Shown here piece after piece: positions 40,704 to 50,051 of a stretch of 61,091 bases of DNA. Each line of letters opens with the position of its first letter. The stretch's first letter is position 1. Origin of the DNA: a virus (Duplodnaviria; Caudoviricetes); IMG/VR virus record IMGVR_UViG_3300043470_000556, positions 1 to 61,091 of that record; one strand, 5' to 3'. The translations under genes and the position numbers were made by a program. The notes under the pieces are model-generated. The model was not told the DNA's origin. It worked only from the letters and a program-made list of their open reading frames with translations, and searched no databases.

Positions 40704-40794
40704 AGATGAACGGATCTAATTCCTGCAATTTTTTAATTTTTCTTTTGATTTTTCTATCTAGGAAAAACTGTCGTATAATAGCAATCAATTTCAT
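40696..40794 (-). CDS. 32-aa basic peptide ending DPFIYD
   Basis: Manual translation MKLIAIIRQFFLDRKIKRKIKKLQELDPFIYD. Overlaps both neighbours (TAATG upstream, ATGACTAG downstream). Confidence 0.7.
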   Translation of the reverse strand: MKLIAIIRQFFLDRKIKRKIKKLQELDPFIYD

Positions 40795-41588
40795 TATAGT
40801 ACACCTTTCGAAACTAATTCATCGTAGATTTTATCTGCGTAGATAATATGACTTTGCAGTTTTGGATGAGACCAAGTATGAGGTTCTAACTTATGTTCTT
40901 CCCGTATATTCTGAAATGCAAAGTCTGGAAGAAGTAAATTATCGAACTCGAAAGAATCTAACCATGGAAGTTTCTTCTTATATCCAGAGAAAAAGTTTTT
41001 CCATCCATCCAAAGAATGCACAGTCATTGTCAAGAACATTCTACCATTGAAATATTTCGTTGCCATGTCATCAAGGTGTTTTAAGTCTCGTATATACTGA
41101 TAAATTAAATTGACATCATTCACATAATCTACCATTAATGCATCATAAAGTTTGGGATCCCCCCAAGTTTCTCTAAAATTAAACACTTGGTTTACTTCAC
41201 TTACATTCTCTGTCAAATAGAAAAACCTATTGGGAGATGTGATTCCGACCAGAATCAAATCGGTTTCTTTTATACTTCCTTCGTGCATATCTCTTTGGAT
41301 TCTAAACATAACATTTGAGATATTAGAACCATTTACAGCTCTATTCGAACAGGGTATATTTACTTTTTTTGCTAGTTGACTCGGCCATGCAAGAGTTTTA
41401 CCATATGCTTCTGCTTCTCTTGCCAAACCACCATATACTTTTTGATACGCTTTATCACCCAACCCATGTTCTGCTTTCAATCGATCAACTTCATCGTGGG
41501 TTTTACCCAAAATCTCTGCATCACCAAGTTCTTGTCCCGCAGTAAAACTGCATCCATATGCAATTATTTTGTTAAAATTGGATACCAT
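40794..41588 (-). CDS. SGNH-like protein
   Basis: Motif AYGCSFTAG...WP..LA...N.A..G.N...R, with C-terminal HP...H. Confidence 0.65.
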   Translation of the reverse strand: MVSNFNKIIAYGCSFTAGQELGDAEILGKTHDEVDRLKAEHGLGDKAYQKVYGGLAREAEAYGKTLAWPSQLAKKVNIPCSNRAVNGSNISNVMFRIQRDMHEGSIKETDLILVGITSPNRFFYLTENVSEVNQVFNFRETWGDPKLYDALMVDYVNDVNLIYQYIRDLKHLDDMATKYFNGRMFLTMTVHSLDGWKNFFSGYKKKLPWLDSFEFDNLLLPDFAFQNIREEHKLEPHTWSHPKLQSHIIYADKIYDELVSKGVL

Positions 41589-42718
41589 TCTGCAAAACTT
41601 TCTTTAAAATAATTATTCCTATACTTATCATGCTTCTCTGTAATAGATAGCATCAAATTAAATTCATCCGGATTGTGCACAGAAGTATTTAACATGTTTG
41701 TTATGTTAGTCAGTTTATCTGAGTAATCTAACAACCGCTTAGATACTAGTGGTTTTAAATCTTCGGGAATATTAGTAATACTAAATTGTGTTGGGTGAAA
41801 CAACATATTATAATAAATTCCGATATTCGGATAATGTTCTCTAACAAACATATCAAACTCCACAACATCCCAAATATTATATATGCTAACAGTATAACAA
41901 AAATCTATTCGAATATGATCATTTTGCTTAGACAAGTTGGAATACTTCTCAATAACATCCAGTGCAGTATTCCACTTTCCAGGATATCTCATGTATTCAA
42001 ATTTCTCGCCGATCCCATCTATGGAAAGAGAGATATTTACTTTTTTGAAATTCTTGAGAGCAGTTTCCTGCTTGCTATTCAGATACATTGTTGCGTTAGT
42101 GTTAAAATGGATTTCTTGATCAGTAGAATAACCATCAAGAACACACTTATCGAGAATTTCCCAAGATCTTTCTACTAGTAATGGTTCGCCACCATAAAAA
42201 TCAATAACACTACATTGTGGAATCCATTCTTCCAATGTATTCCAAAAATCTGTATTCTCGGCAGAATAGATTTGGCGTATGTTTTTAAATTTTTGCATAA
42301 ACGCATTTTTAGGTACATGCGAATTGTTTACATCATACCACTCTGTCACCCAAGAACTGCTTATTTCTGGATTGCATGTTCGACACTTTAGATTACAAGT
42401 ATTTCCTAATTTCAAATCTAAAATTTGTGGAGTTTCTTTAATCTGCAGAGTTCTAGTGTTTTCTCGTTCTCGTTTACTTTCTCTACCATGGTGTTCTTCA
42501 GACCAACAAACTTCACAAGTTGAATTTTCAATACCATTTTCTAGATCTTGTAATAGTTTTTTTCTGGCGTCAGAATTCCAGATTTCAGTTAATGTATTTG
42601 TAGATAGATTATATTCCTTGCCTGTGTCATCTGCAAATGGTTTTGCCAGACAACAAGGTCTAACTCTACCAACAGTATCAACTTCTAATCCGCAAGATGC
42701 ATGCAGGCAGGTTTTCAT
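41564..42718 (-). CDS. Radical SAM protein with N-terminal twitch/SPASM-like domain
   Basis: CNLKCRTC, YGGEP, SIDG...Y.RYP..W, and N-terminal C...PCC...CEVC. Confidence 0.9.
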   Translation of the reverse strand: MKTCLHASCGLEVDTVGRVRPCCLAKPFADDTGKEYNLSTNTLTEIWNSDARKKLLQDLENGIENSTCEVCWSEEHHGRESKRERENTRTLQIKETPQILDLKLGNTCNLKCRTCNPEISSSWVTEWYDVNNSHVPKNAFMQKFKNIRQIYSAENTDFWNTLEEWIPQCSVIDFYGGEPLLVERSWEILDKCVLDGYSTDQEIHFNTNATMYLNSKQETALKNFKKVNISLSIDGIGEKFEYMRYPGKWNTALDVIEKYSNLSKQNDHIRIDFCYTVSIYNIWDVVEFDMFVREHYPNIGIYYNMLFHPTQFSITNIPEDLKPLVSKRLLDYSDKLTNITNMLNTSVHNPDEFNLMLSITEKHDKYRNNYFKESFAEWYPILTK

Positions 42719-43917
42719 ATTTGCTTTGCCCACGGATGAGTTTCAAATACGTCTTGGTTTCTAATCTTGTCTAACAACAGTTGCTTTTGAACAAACTTCT
42801 TTTGTAGATCCGAATTATGCAAGTTAGACTTGTTGCTTTCCAGATAGTTAATGGTATTATTAATTTCTACTACATTAATTTTTATCTGTGGTTTGATATT
42901 TTTGAATTCTTGTAGATAGTACTCATAGATTTCTTCTGGCATAACATCTGCTTGTAGAAAATCAGGTCTATTAACAGGAATTACGCCCATAGAAAGTCCA
43001 AGATCTTCGCACCAAAGAAATAGATCACGAAGAGAATTATTGGATATTGTTAAATTCTGTAATGTTGGAGTAACTCCGCATTCTATATTTCTAAGATCTT
43101 TAATTTCTGCCATCAACAATTTCATATTTGATTCAATAGTTTCCCATTTCGCGGGATTACGAATATACTCATATTGCTTACCAACACCATCGATGCTAAC
43201 ATTAAGTTGAACAAATCTGAATTTTTTCCACATATCAATGAACTTTTTGCCAAGAAAAATACCATTTGTATTATATACCAATTTAATCTTGGATGCAGAT
43301 CCAGTTTCTAACAAATAGGTAAGCAGTTCTTCGTGGGCATCAATAATAAGAGGTTCTCCACCAATCATATAGATTTCCTGTAGTGTGTCAAGATGCGGAG
43401 AAACAACATCACGCATACTCACAGCATCAACCCACTCAGTGCTGTCATAATCCATTTCGTAATACGATCTAGATTCAGGGTGCTTTTGTGTTTCTTTACC
43501 AATCAGAGAACTACTGAATGGTGCACACATTCTACATCTCAGGTTACACTTTTTACCAAGGTCAAATTCAATTCTGTGAATGCCCAAAGGAGTCTCATCA
43601 TGGATCCTCTCGCGCAACTCTGGATATCTCTGATTAATAGATTCCCTAAAACTCTTCATACCAGAGTCTTCCATTTTCCAACAACGACCGCACATTGGAT
43701 GACGTTCGCCCACCAACATAGATTCACGCAATTCTTTGTGAGTATGTGTGTTTAGAAAACTGTCGAGGGTGTAATCTTTCATTTCAGTTATATTTGCTCG
43801 AACACCCTTCTCGCTCTCAATATCAGCATGCAGTGCATTACAACAGGGTCGTAACCCTCCATTAGATCCTACGCTCAGTAGAATCCATGGATACACACAA
43901 ACTGTATTATTTTGCAT
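42715..43917 (-). CDS. Radical SAM protein with N-terminal twitch/SPASM-like domain
   Basis: CNLRCRMC, IGGEP, TNG, SIDG, and N-terminal C..PW...PCC...CGRC. Confidence 0.9.
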   Translation of the reverse strand: MQNNTVCVYPWILLSVGSNGGLRPCCNALHADIESEKGVRANITEMKDYTLDSFLNTHTHKELRESMLVGERHPMCGRCWKMEDSGMKSFRESINQRYPELRERIHDETPLGIHRIEFDLGKKCNLRCRMCAPFSSSLIGKETQKHPESRSYYEMDYDSTEWVDAVSMRDVVSPHLDTLQEIYMIGGEPLIIDAHEELLTYLLETGSASKIKLVYNTNGIFLGKKFIDMWKKFRFVQLNVSIDGVGKQYEYIRNPAKWETIESNMKLLMAEIKDLRNIECGVTPTLQNLTISNNSLRDLFLWCEDLGLSMGVIPVNRPDFLQADVMPEEIYEYYLQEFKNIKPQIKINVVEINNTINYLESNKSNLHNSDLQKKFVQKQLLLDKIRNQDVFETHPWAKQI

Positions 43918-45196
43918 TAGATTTTTCCCGTTGTTCGTGTTCTTGCTGTTTTACCAACCCTCTGCTTGTTGTTCCAAGTTCGCCTTGGTCTAAGTGATTG
44001 TATTCATCACCACAACATGCAGTGCATTGGTGACTTCTCATCGAACTTCCCTTTTGGAAACTCAATGGGAGAAATCTTTGATACAATGGAGAACTTACAA
44101 TATCCTGAATAGAATTTTTCTTCAACGATATCGAATCCATACCACCGTTTAGTTCTATCATCTGCAAAGATGTGTCATTGGGATTCCAATGTTCTGAATT
44201 CGCTCTCCACAATTCACCACCAAGGAAACAGCAAGGATAAACATTACCTGCGCCGTCAACAAAAATTTCGTTCAGTTGTTGATACTTCGATTTCTTTGCG
44301 CGACAAACAATTCCCAAAGAATTGTGTGGAATAGAAATAGATGTGTTGTTTTCGTTGTCATAGACATCTATGTCTGTTTTTCCAGGTTTGGGTATCATTC
44401 TATTAAATTCATCATTAGTAATATACTGAGGAATTATACCGAACGATCTTTTAAATTCAACAGAATTCTCATGTTGATATATTGGGTTTCTTGGTTGCCG
44501 TAATGTATGGGTTTTTACTCCATTGTCCATAACGTCATACAGTCCGCGACCTTCATCGTCATACCGATGCCAGCGAGTTGTCTTTTTAATATTAAAATAT
44601 TGGAAACCTAGATCTTTTGCGATTTGTTTCGCTTGCTCGACCTGATGCTCATTGTGTTCAAATACAATATAATCCCACTTAGCAATACCACCTGCAGCAG
44701 TATATGCCTTCATGTTTTCATGGATTTTTTCAAAACTGGTATTTCTGCGGTATAAATGATTCGTATCCCATAGACCATCAACTGAAAAGATAACATAATC
44801 TTGTCTGGTACCATCTGGTCCGCCATTCATGATTTTCGCTAGTTCTTCCCACCATGACTTTGGTCTTGCACTACCATTGGTATGAATTACTAATCCTACC
44901 TTATCATTACATTCGCGAATATATTTGTAGATTTCTAACGTGTCTCTCGCGGCAAGAGGATCCCCATAGTTACCACAGGCATAAACTCTGCGCATTTGTT
45001 GCAGAAATTCTTTTGGAAACCAACTTTTAAATTGATCCAATGTAATTTCTGTCATAGGCAATCGTGGATTAATCTCGGATCCATTTTTAATATGCCTTGG
45101 ACACATAGGACATGCTGCATTACATCGAGTTGTTAACTCTAAATGCATCCCATTTAAATCGCGATACGACTCGTATAGCGGTTCAATTTGCATCAT
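43907..45196 (-). CDS. Radical SAM protein with C-terminal SPASM/twitch-like domain
   Basis: CNAACPMC, CGNYGDP, HTNG, FSVDG...YR, and C-terminal G.VYPCC...C...C. Confidence 0.9.
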   Translation of the reverse strand: MMQIEPLYESYRDLNGMHLELTTRCNAACPMCPRHIKNGSEINPRLPMTEITLDQFKSWFPKEFLQQMRRVYACGNYGDPLAARDTLEIYKYIRECNDKVGLVIHTNGSARPKSWWEELAKIMNGGPDGTRQDYVIFSVDGLWDTNHLYRRNTSFEKIHENMKAYTAAGGIAKWDYIVFEHNEHQVEQAKQIAKDLGFQYFNIKKTTRWHRYDDEGRGLYDVMDNGVKTHTLRQPRNPIYQHENSVEFKRSFGIIPQYITNDEFNRMIPKPGKTDIDVYDNENNTSISIPHNSLGIVCRAKKSKYQQLNEIFVDGAGNVYPCCFLGGELWRANSEHWNPNDTSLQMIELNGGMDSISLKKNSIQDIVSSPLYQRFLPLSFQKGSSMRSHQCTACCGDEYNHLDQGELGTTSRGLVKQQEHEQREKSNAK

Positions 45197-46595
45197 TAAT
45201 TTCCTTACACATGTAATAGAAGTCTTTATATTCAGGAAACAGTTCTAGAAGACCCAATCCAACAGATCTCTTATCGTATTCAGTAAAGAATTTGTAAAAA
45301 TCCTTTCTTCCGTTCTCGATTAACTTCTCATCAATTCGCGGACCACCCTGATAAAAGTAATTACGAACACGCTTGAGTTTTTCGTATTCTTGCTCTTGGA
45401 ATCCATGGACCAATCCTGGTTCGGCAATATTATTTTGAATGTATTGAAGATCAGAATCAATATACCGACCAAATTCTTCTTTCGGTAGAAGATTGATCAT
45501 CCAGTGTGGTGGTTCCTTGAGATAAGGAGTATCAAACATAATACGATTTTGGTATGGGTTGACGTTCCACTTCTTGCGCAGTTCCAGAATTTTCTCTAGG
45601 AACGGACGGAAAGATGCAACACAAAGAATATTATATGTGCACATAATGCTAATTGAAACATCAGGAACTGTCTCAAGAAACGTCTCAACATTCTTCAACC
45701 AAAGATCCTGATTTAAACCACGACGCATATACTCTGCTTGTGGACCCCATGCTTCCAACGAGGTATACATCTTAAAGTCTTTGATTTTTTTCTTATCAAG
45801 AAGATTCTTCACAGAGTCAGAAAGACGCTGCACTCGATTATTGCTTACACCCATATTACTGTTGATGTTCAATTCTAGGTGCTGCGTGTCATCACCTGAT
45901 TCAATTTCCTTAAACAACTTCATTGTGTTGGGATTGATCAATGCTTCACCGCCTGTTAGACGAAGAACACGGAGATCTTTCTTTAGATCAGGCCACCATT
46001 TCCAGAATGCATCAACATAGGGATTGTCTTCGTCATCTTTATATACCTTCGTAGTCTTAAGATAATCGATACCATACTGATTGTAACTAATGTCATAGTT
46101 ACCATGATCACGAATTTCTTGTTCCCAAAGAGATGATGCTTGAGGGCAACAGTAACCGCACTTAAAGTTGCAACCATTGCCAAAACTTACTTCTAAGAAA
46201 TATGGATTATAATCCTGATCCCACGGGAGACTTTTAACCATCTCAGTTTCTGTCTTGGCATCAATCCAAGTACTGGCATTGTGGAACATTCGATCGCTGA
46301 AGTTTTCTCCAGGAAGGTTTTCTACGTTCCAACAGTAATAACATTCTTCCGGACGTCCGCCCTCGAGCATGATCTTGCGCTGCTGTTTCTTCCATTTTGT
46401 GTTATGTAGTGCAGAAGGATTCTCTGCAATTTCTTCCAATGGAATGCGTTGTGGGCGAGGATGATAGCAACTGTGGTTGTCGCCCATGTGCAAATACAAT
46501 GTTTCATGGCGCCATTTCTGCAAACAGAATCCATTCCCAACTGTATTGAGAGTGTCCCGAACTTCGCGGACTTTGTCGAGATAACTATTGCTCAT
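45183..46595 (-). CDS. Radical SAM protein with N-terminal Cys domain
   Basis: CNFKCGYC, LTGGEA, and N-terminal FC..KW...HSCYHP...CYYCW. Paralogue of 46585-48234. Confidence 0.9.
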   Translation of the reverse strand: MSNSYLDKVREVRDTLNTVGNGFCLQKWRHETLYLHMGDNHSCYHPRPQRIPLEEIAENPSALHNTKWKKQQRKIMLEGGRPEECYYCWNVENLPGENFSDRMFHNASTWIDAKTETEMVKSLPWDQDYNPYFLEVSFGNGCNFKCGYCCPQASSLWEQEIRDHGNYDISYNQYGIDYLKTTKVYKDDEDNPYVDAFWKWWPDLKKDLRVLRLTGGEALINPNTMKLFKEIESGDDTQHLELNINSNMGVSNNRVQRLSDSVKNLLDKKKIKDFKMYTSLEAWGPQAEYMRRGLNQDLWLKNVETFLETVPDVSISIMCTYNILCVASFRPFLEKILELRKKWNVNPYQNRIMFDTPYLKEPPHWMINLLPKEEFGRYIDSDLQYIQNNIAEPGLVHGFQEQEYEKLKRVRNYFYQGGPRIDEKLIENGRKDFYKFFTEYDKRSVGLGLLELFPEYKDFYYMCKEINDAN

Positions 46596-48234
46596 TTTTG
46601 CATCTTTCATAAAAATTAATTAATTCGGGGAAGGTTTCTTTGAAATTTGTATTTCTTCGCCTATCCAACTCGTCAACATATTGAGCAAATCGAATCATAC
46701 TAGTATTTAGTCGACTCTGCTCCATTCCTTGTCGCATTATATCTAGGTCTCGTCTAACTTTGTCGATTTCATACTGCTTAAATCCACGGAAACTGGTGGA
46801 GTAATCATCTCCTTGGATATTTTTTTCCATAAACTCCACGCTACTTTCCATCATAGCAATCATCTCAGAATCCGCCATCTTTATACTCAACCAACTTGGA
46901 GTATGGAGAATGGGTATATCAAACCAAATTCTTTGACTGCGAGGTTTAACTATAGGTTTCTGCCCAGGAACATCAAAGACAATATCATTTTGTTTGTCGT
47001 ATGCGAATTCTTCGCGTAAGTCAAGAATCCATTCTAGGAATTTTTGTAACTTTGGGATACTCAGAAGATTGAATGTATTAATGATTGTAATATTAGTGCA
47101 GTTCGTCTCTCTCAAAAATGTTCTAACGTTCGAATCTAAGATATCAAAATTCATCCCAGTTCGAATATACTCAGCTTGCGGACCTACGCTATCACAACTT
47201 ACAAACAATGAAAAGTGCTTCATCACAGGAGCAGTACATTCAAACTCATAAGAAAATCCGCCATCTTCTTTACTTTTTCCGGATTCTGTTAGTTCGGGAA
47301 TGTTTTCTGGTTCTATTGATGGTAACTCGCTATGGTAAAGACGCTTATTCTTATCACCAATGATATAGTGTTGCCACTCTTTCCACTCAGTCCCATTTTT
47401 AGGATCGGGAACAAAACATTTTACCGTATGGTGTGCTGTTTCCATTTTCTTTACTTGAGTCAGAAACTTGTCAAACAATTCTTGCTTAGGTGGACACAAA
47501 TTGCTGGTAATACTCAATTCAAGATCTGGATTGGGGTGATGATAAACGTAATCCAATACTTTAAATGTATTGTTATCCATTAGAGGTTCGCCACCAGTCA
47601 TTCTAAAAATCTTTAGCGTTTTATATAATTCAGGCCACCATTTCCAGAATGCTTCTACGTATGGATTTTCTTTCTGCGAAACTTTCTTTGGCATCAATCC
47701 ATAGTCAGTTAATGCACCAAGATGATTATGTGCTGCATCCTTCAGAATATATGCACCATATTTTTCTGCTTCTTCTTGCCAAGAGGTACTAAGATGCGGG
47801 GAACAATATACACATTTAAAATTGCACGCCTGATTGAAATTTACTTCAACATACGCTGGTGTGATTGTTTTGTCTAGGGATTTATTAGTTGCAATTTTTT
47901 CAAAGTCGGGTGAATTCCACCACTCACTGCTACGATAGTGTCGATCACTCGTGTGACCTGCATCTTCGATACGCCAACAATACGAACATCCATCAGGACG
48001 TTCGCCTTTACGCATTTTAGCACGTTCTTCAATTTTCTGTGGGGTATTGTGGAGCAATCCTGGATTTTCCGACAATCCCTCTAGAGGAATATCGTGCGTC
48101 GGCGGATGATAGCAACTATGCGTCTTACCATTAGTAAGATGCATACTCACCATATTCCATTTTGCCAAACAGAATGTAGAACTTACTGTTTCAAGTTTCT
48201 GCTTGGTTTCTTCTGCCGAGTCTCTATAATCCAT
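46585..48234 (-). CDS. Radical SAM protein with N-terminal Cys domain
   Basis: CNFKCVYC, MTGGEP, and N-terminal FCLAKW...HSCYHP...CSYCW. Confidence 0.9.
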   Translation of the reverse strand: MDYRDSAEETKQKLETVSSTFCLAKWNMVSMHLTNGKTHSCYHPPTHDIPLEGLSENPGLLHNTPQKIEERAKMRKGERPDGCSYCWRIEDAGHTSDRHYRSSEWWNSPDFEKIATNKSLDKTITPAYVEVNFNQACNFKCVYCSPHLSTSWQEEAEKYGAYILKDAAHNHLGALTDYGLMPKKVSQKENPYVEAFWKWWPELYKTLKIFRMTGGEPLMDNNTFKVLDYVYHHPNPDLELSITSNLCPPKQELFDKFLTQVKKMETAHHTVKCFVPDPKNGTEWKEWQHYIIGDKNKRLYHSELPSIEPENIPELTESGKSKEDGGFSYEFECTAPVMKHFSLFVSCDSVGPQAEYIRTGMNFDILDSNVRTFLRETNCTNITIINTFNLLSIPKLQKFLEWILDLREEFAYDKQNDIVFDVPGQKPIVKPRSQRIWFDIPILHTPSWLSIKMADSEMIAMMESSVEFMEKNIQGDDYSTSFRGFKQYEIDKVRRDLDIMRQGMEQSRLNTSMIRFAQYVDELDRRRNTNFKETFPELINFYERCKNEQ

Positions 48235-48815
48235 TATTTAAAACCAACTGCCATGTATCTATAGAAATGCCCACACTTCAACATACCAGCGTATTCTGGG
48301 GTTTTAATCCTGTTGATTGTTAAGAATTCTTCTAGACTATCGGCAATGCGGACATGCTCAGGATTTTCTAGATTATTTCCTTGGACGATATATTTAGTCG
48401 TACTAGGAATAGAGTCCCACCAAGCATCATATACTTCTTGCGTAACATGTTCGCTACTTGTATTGATCACCAGATCGGGATGCACGTTGATCGGCATACC
48501 GTTTTTCATGTCATGTTGACGGAAGACAATATCATGATAACACTCATCGATAGCAGTGAATACATGCCTACAACTAGAATCTAAGTCAGTGGTTAGAATT
48601 CGTGCATCAGGAAACTTGTGTGCAATAAACTGCGCAAGGATTCCATACCATCCACCGAAAATTACGATAGATCGATCCATAGGAGTTACATGTTCGAGTA
48701 ACCACTTCTTACTTTCGATCTGACTTGGCCAGAAGTTCTCGGAGAATCTGTATGCATTCTCTGGATTATTCCGGATGTATTCCATCCAATTTAATACAAC
48801 ATCAAAATTAACCAC
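48234..48815 (-). CDS. Class I SAM-dependent methyltransferase-like protein
   Basis: Gly-rich motif IFGGWYG, acidic D.D, and DLVINTSSEH. Confidence 0.65.
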   Translation of the reverse strand: MVNFDVVLNWMEYIRNNPENAYRFSENFWPSQIESKKWLLEHVTPMDRSIVIFGGWYGILAQFIAHKFPDARILTTDLDSSCRHVFTAIDECYHDIVFRQHDMKNGMPINVHPDLVINTSSEHVTQEVYDAWWDSIPSTTKYIVQGNNLENPEHVRIADSLEEFLTINRIKTPEYAGMLKCGHFYRYMAVGFK

Positions 48816-49209
48816 GGCGCATCCTCGCTACTTCAATTGCTTGTTCTTCGTTGATGATAGGAACCGCATTTGATTTATGCATGGTCGCGATACCTTTAAT
48901 CAACGTTCCAGTATATGTATTCTCCTTGCGAGCAAAGGTTACGCCGAGTCCGTCGCCTGAAGGATACTTCTGACGATGGTCGCTGACTTCATACTTGGGG
49001 AGAGGTGTGCCACGCAACTTGGGTTTATAATTGCCTTGGCGATATTGCACATACTCGTCGAAGGTCTTAGTCTTACAACCAATCCGTTTCATCTGCTTGT
49101 TGTACTCAACCCAGTCCTGGGAATACTTCGCAGTTACGCCTTTGTTTGTGGTCTTGCGCTTCTTCGTATTAGTGGTGGTGTACGCATGAGACATCAGGTG
49201 CATAGTCAT
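48808..49209 (-). CDS. Conserved hypothetical phage protein
   Basis: C-terminal YTG....GIATMHKSNAVP motif, recurrent in T4-like phages. Confidence 0.7.
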   Translation of the reverse strand: MTMHLMSHAYTTTNTKKRKTTNKGVTAKYSQDWVEYNKQMKRIGCKTKTFDEYVQYRQGNYKPKLRGTPLPKYEVSDHRQKYPSGDGLGVTFARKENTYTGTLIKGIATMHKSNAVPIINEEQAIEVARMRRG

Positions 49210-49239
49210 AACAGAATCCTTTTTCTAACTCAACATACT

Positions 49240-49268
49240 CTTATACCCTATTCGAGCAAAATTGTCAA
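49240..49268 (-). promoter_or_regulatory. Sigma70-like promoter TTGACA-17-TATAAG (leftward, toward the rSAM cluster)
   Basis: -35 at 49268-49263 and -10 at 49245-49240. Confidence 0.65.
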
Positions 49269-49292
49269 GCCATAAAAAATTAAAAAAAGAAC

Positions 49293-49321
49293 TTGACTTT
49301 TCCCATGTTTCGAGGTATAGT
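49293..49321 (+). promoter_or_regulatory. Sigma70-like promoter TTGACT-17-TATAGT with upstream A-rich tract
   Basis: -35 at 49293-49298 and -10 at 49316-49321; divergent from the previous promoter. Confidence 0.7.
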
Positions 49322-49345
49322 GATTATATTGAAATGGAGAATGTG

Positions 49346-49543
49346 ATGGTTATTGACAATATTGTGAGTCGTGAAGAAGAACTCCTAGAACTCCTAGGAA
49401 TTCCGTGGAATGGTTGGGGATACGAACTTGAAGAGTTCGCCCAAATAAACTTCGAACTCGAAGCGAACGGTGTTCCCACTTATAAATCATTCGAGGAATA
49501 TCTCGAAGGTCGTCTTGAATATAAGAAAAGGATTGCAGCATAA
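49346..49543 (+). CDS. Small acidic hypothetical (early-type) protein
   Basis: RBS ggag then ATG at 49346, downstream of the promoter. The track's start at 49262 lies upstream of the promoter. Confidence 0.65.
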   Translation: MVIDNIVSREEELLELLGIPWNGWGYELEEFAQINFELEANGVPTYKSFEEYLEGRLEYKKRIAA

Positions 49544-49758
49544 TGGCATATATTACTACTGAAGTCGAAGTTTATATGGACGACTTTGATGATCGAGAAC
49601 TGATCGAAGAACTCACAGATCGAGGTTACTACGTTAGCAAATCGAGTAGCGATATTCCTGTCGCTCAGAATCTTTATGATGCATGGGTCTACAAAACTGG
49701 CAATTTTGAGGATCTATTTCGCGAATTTTGCCGAGCAACAATTGGGAGAAGTTTTTAA
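49543..49758 (+). CDS. Small acidic hypothetical protein
   Basis: TAATG coupling on both sides. Confidence 0.7.
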   Translation: MAYITTEVEVYMDDFDDRELIEELTDRGYYVSKSSSDIPVAQNLYDAWVYKTGNFEDLFREFCRATIGRSF

Positions 49759-49928
49759 TGACCGTTTCTATTTTTGAAGAAGATGCACCATATTTCGACG
49801 AATTGGTCGATGGTAGCGTTGGCGCATTACAGAATGCATTGTTTGATGCAGACCTGGACGAAGAAGCAAACATCATAGAACAGATTATGTGGAAGTTAGT
49901 AAATAAGATAGAACTGGAAAAGCAATGA
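49758..49928 (+). CDS. Small acidic hypothetical protein
   Basis: TAATG-coupled start, MTVSIFEE. Confidence 0.6.
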   Translation: MTVSIFEEDAPYFDELVDGSVGALQNALFDADLDEEANIIEQIMWKLVNKIELEKQ

Positions 49929-50051
49929 GCACATCAATTCACCAACAAGAACTAGATACGCATTTCGACAAGATCGAGAGCGAAATGACACAACAGGAAG
50001 TAACAGAAACTCCTATTGTGTTTTTCCGATTCGGCGAGGATAATCCACTTC

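Noticed and set aside
39369-48234. Known cofactor or 7-deazaguanine pathway (MoaA, PqqE, QueE, NrdG)
   Set aside because: No partner genes (moaC, pqqA-D, queC/D, folE, nrdD) are recognisable in the window.
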